Below are positions 62,050 through 64,000 of a stretch of DNA of 64,000 bases, one piece after another; position 1 is the first letter of the stretch, and the number at the start of each line of letters is the position of its first letter. Below the pieces are notes generated by a model. The model was not told where the DNA came from, ran no database searches, and saw nothing but the letters and a program-made list of their open reading frames with translations. The stretch covers positions 310,001 through 374,000 of the forward strand of contig JAAOMT010000295.1 of the NCBI GenBank assembly GCA_016748015.1, read 5' to 3'. The position numbers were made by a program, and so were the translations under genes. This DNA comes from Geosiphon pyriformis uo1. Its lineage: Eukaryota > Fungi > Glomeromycota.

Positions 62050-64000
62050 ATTATCATAACCAATATTGTAACATATAATTTATATTTAACCATTTTTACA
62101 TGCGATTACCTATTTATGCTATTCAAATGATTTTAAATTAGTTATTAAACTTATGTGTTTTTGTGACTCTCATTAACCATATAAAATATATTTTTAATAT
62201 TATTTAAAACTGTATTATAATAAAATTTATTGCCATTTGATAAATTCAACCTTTTTTATACTTAATTTGTGTTTGATTTTTTTACTTCAGAATAATTTAA
62301 AAAAATTGTATTAATTAAAATGAAGTTTTTAATTAATAACTTATAATCTAGTTATAATTTGTTTTTGTTTAATCTTTTATATATATACAAATTCACAATA
62401 TAAATTTATTAATATAAATTTTTAGTTATTTTACTTTTATTGTTTTTTGTTTTTTGTTTTTTCAAAAATCTTAAATATTTTTTAACTGTTTTATGTTAAA
62501 AATTTGGTTTTTGTTTATTATTAAAAACTTATTTATTTTATATTTTAATTTTGTTAAATTTTATTAATATTGTTTTAATTATTAAATTAATATGTTTTAT
62601 TAAAAAACATTTTTTTTAATGTTATAATATGTTGTTTTTTGGTTTAATGTTTTTTTTTAATTTTTACATTTATTTATTTAAAACAATTTTAATATTAATC
62701 ATATATTATATTGCTAATTATATATTTTTAAATATTTTAAATATTAATTTAATAGTTATTATCAATTTAAATACTTGTTTTTTAAATATTTTTAACTTAA
62801 ATTAATATTAATTTTTTTTTAAGTTTAATATTATGAATTTTTAATAATAAACATTTTAATAATTTTTTATTGTTTAATAAAATAAGATTTAACTATTATT
62901 TTACATTTATAAAATTATATATAATAATATTTATAACTGTATTTTTTATAAATATACTTATTTTTATAATAATTTAGTTTTAAATTTTAAATTTAAAATT
63001 AAATCTATATTTTTTATATATACAAATAATTATGAATTTTAAGTAGATTAAATTTTTTTATAGTTCTAAATAAAATCTTAAATAAGATCTTTTTAATAAT
63101 AATTAATTTTTTTTCTAGTATAGATAACAACAATAATAACATGTTTTCTAAGATAAATTAAGATTAAATATTAATTGTGTTGTCAAATATGATGTTTTTT
63201 AACAGATTATTATTAGTTTTAAAAACAAAACAATATATTAAATTATCTAATCTTAAAATTTGGACTAATTAAATAAAAACTAAATTAACCTCTGCTTTTT
63301 TATTTTTTGGTACTGTTTTTTATAATATTTAAAAAACAATTTTTAATTATTAAAAGTTTTCTAAGTAAATAGTTTCTATTTTAGTGTTTGGTTTTATTTT
63401 CAAGATTAAATTGGCTTTAATTAATTTTTTGTTTTATTTGTTGTTTGGTTTTATTAAATTTAAGTCAGTTTTTAAAGATAATATTAAGTTGTTTTGTATG
63501 GATTTTGTTTTTAAAACTTTTTTAGTTACTGTTATTAAAGTTTTTATAAGTGGTTTTCTTTTTTTAATTACATTTAAGATTGCAAAATTTTTTGTAATAA
63601 CTTTTTTTTATTTTTGTTATATTCTATAATGTTTTTCTTAGTATATTTTTTAATAATATAAAAATGTTCTTGGTATTTTTGGTATTGTTATTTTTGTTAA
63701 ATTAAAGCCTACTAATTTATAGCAATATATTATTATTAATTTTAAGAACTTTTTTTTGCTGTTGTTATTTTTAATAACTTATCTATACTAATAAAAAAAA
63801 ACAACATTTAAGTCTTTTTTTTTAATTAAAATGAAGTTATTATTTTTTAAGATTTTTTTAAATCCAAATTAGTTAAATTTTTTTTAGTTATATTGTTTTT
63901 GAAATTAGTAATATAATTTTTTAGATTAATAATTATACTTGTTTTATTTTTTATTTTCTAGATTTTTATTGTTATTAATACTTTGTTGTTGTTATTTTTA
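62050..64000. repeat. Extremely AT-rich, CpG-free region, probable TE ghost
   Basis: Sharp compositional switch after ~62.05 kb; no credible ORF. Confidence 0.6.

Noticed and set aside
63384-63629. 81-aa F/I/K-rich ORF; possible mitochondrial insertion in the AT-rich blocks
   Set aside because: Compositional artefact of AT-rich ghost DNA; no mitochondrial gene motifs recognised.

Overview
Eukaryotic (fungal) DNA with short GT-AG introns. The gene and TE style suggests an early-diverging, Glomeromycotina-like fungus (inference). The window has two compartments. (1) About 0.8-38.3 kb and 62-64 kb are a nested transposon graveyard: two full-length APE-RT-RNaseH LINEs, further LINE fragments, several related Ty3/gypsy-like LTR families (truncated elements and solo LTRs with TGTTAC...GTAACA ends, 4-bp TSDs and a shared PBS), and extremely AT-rich ghosts. 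These are degraded mainly by C>T/G>A transitions, resembling RIP. (2) About 38.5-61.7 kb is a compact gene island: a P-loop ATPase, peroxisomal ABCD/Pxa2-like transporter, RPL3, CK2 beta, universal stress protein, histone H1, TSC1/hamartin, a small membrane protein, an OBAP/DUF1264 protein and an intact Gag-like zinc-finger gene. The 3' part of a cytochrome b5 gene is at the left edge. Most notable: a decayed IS607-like element (TnpA serine recombinase plus overlapping TnpB/Fanzor2 nuclease) at about 56.7-57.8 kb; a probable domesticated tyrosine-recombinase-retrotransposon Gag gene; a candidate non-AUG N-terminal extension of CK2 beta; ORF1/ORF2 module swapping among the LINEs; and repeat-restricted hypermutation. 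All calls come from reading the sequence and recalled motif knowledge; no searches were run.
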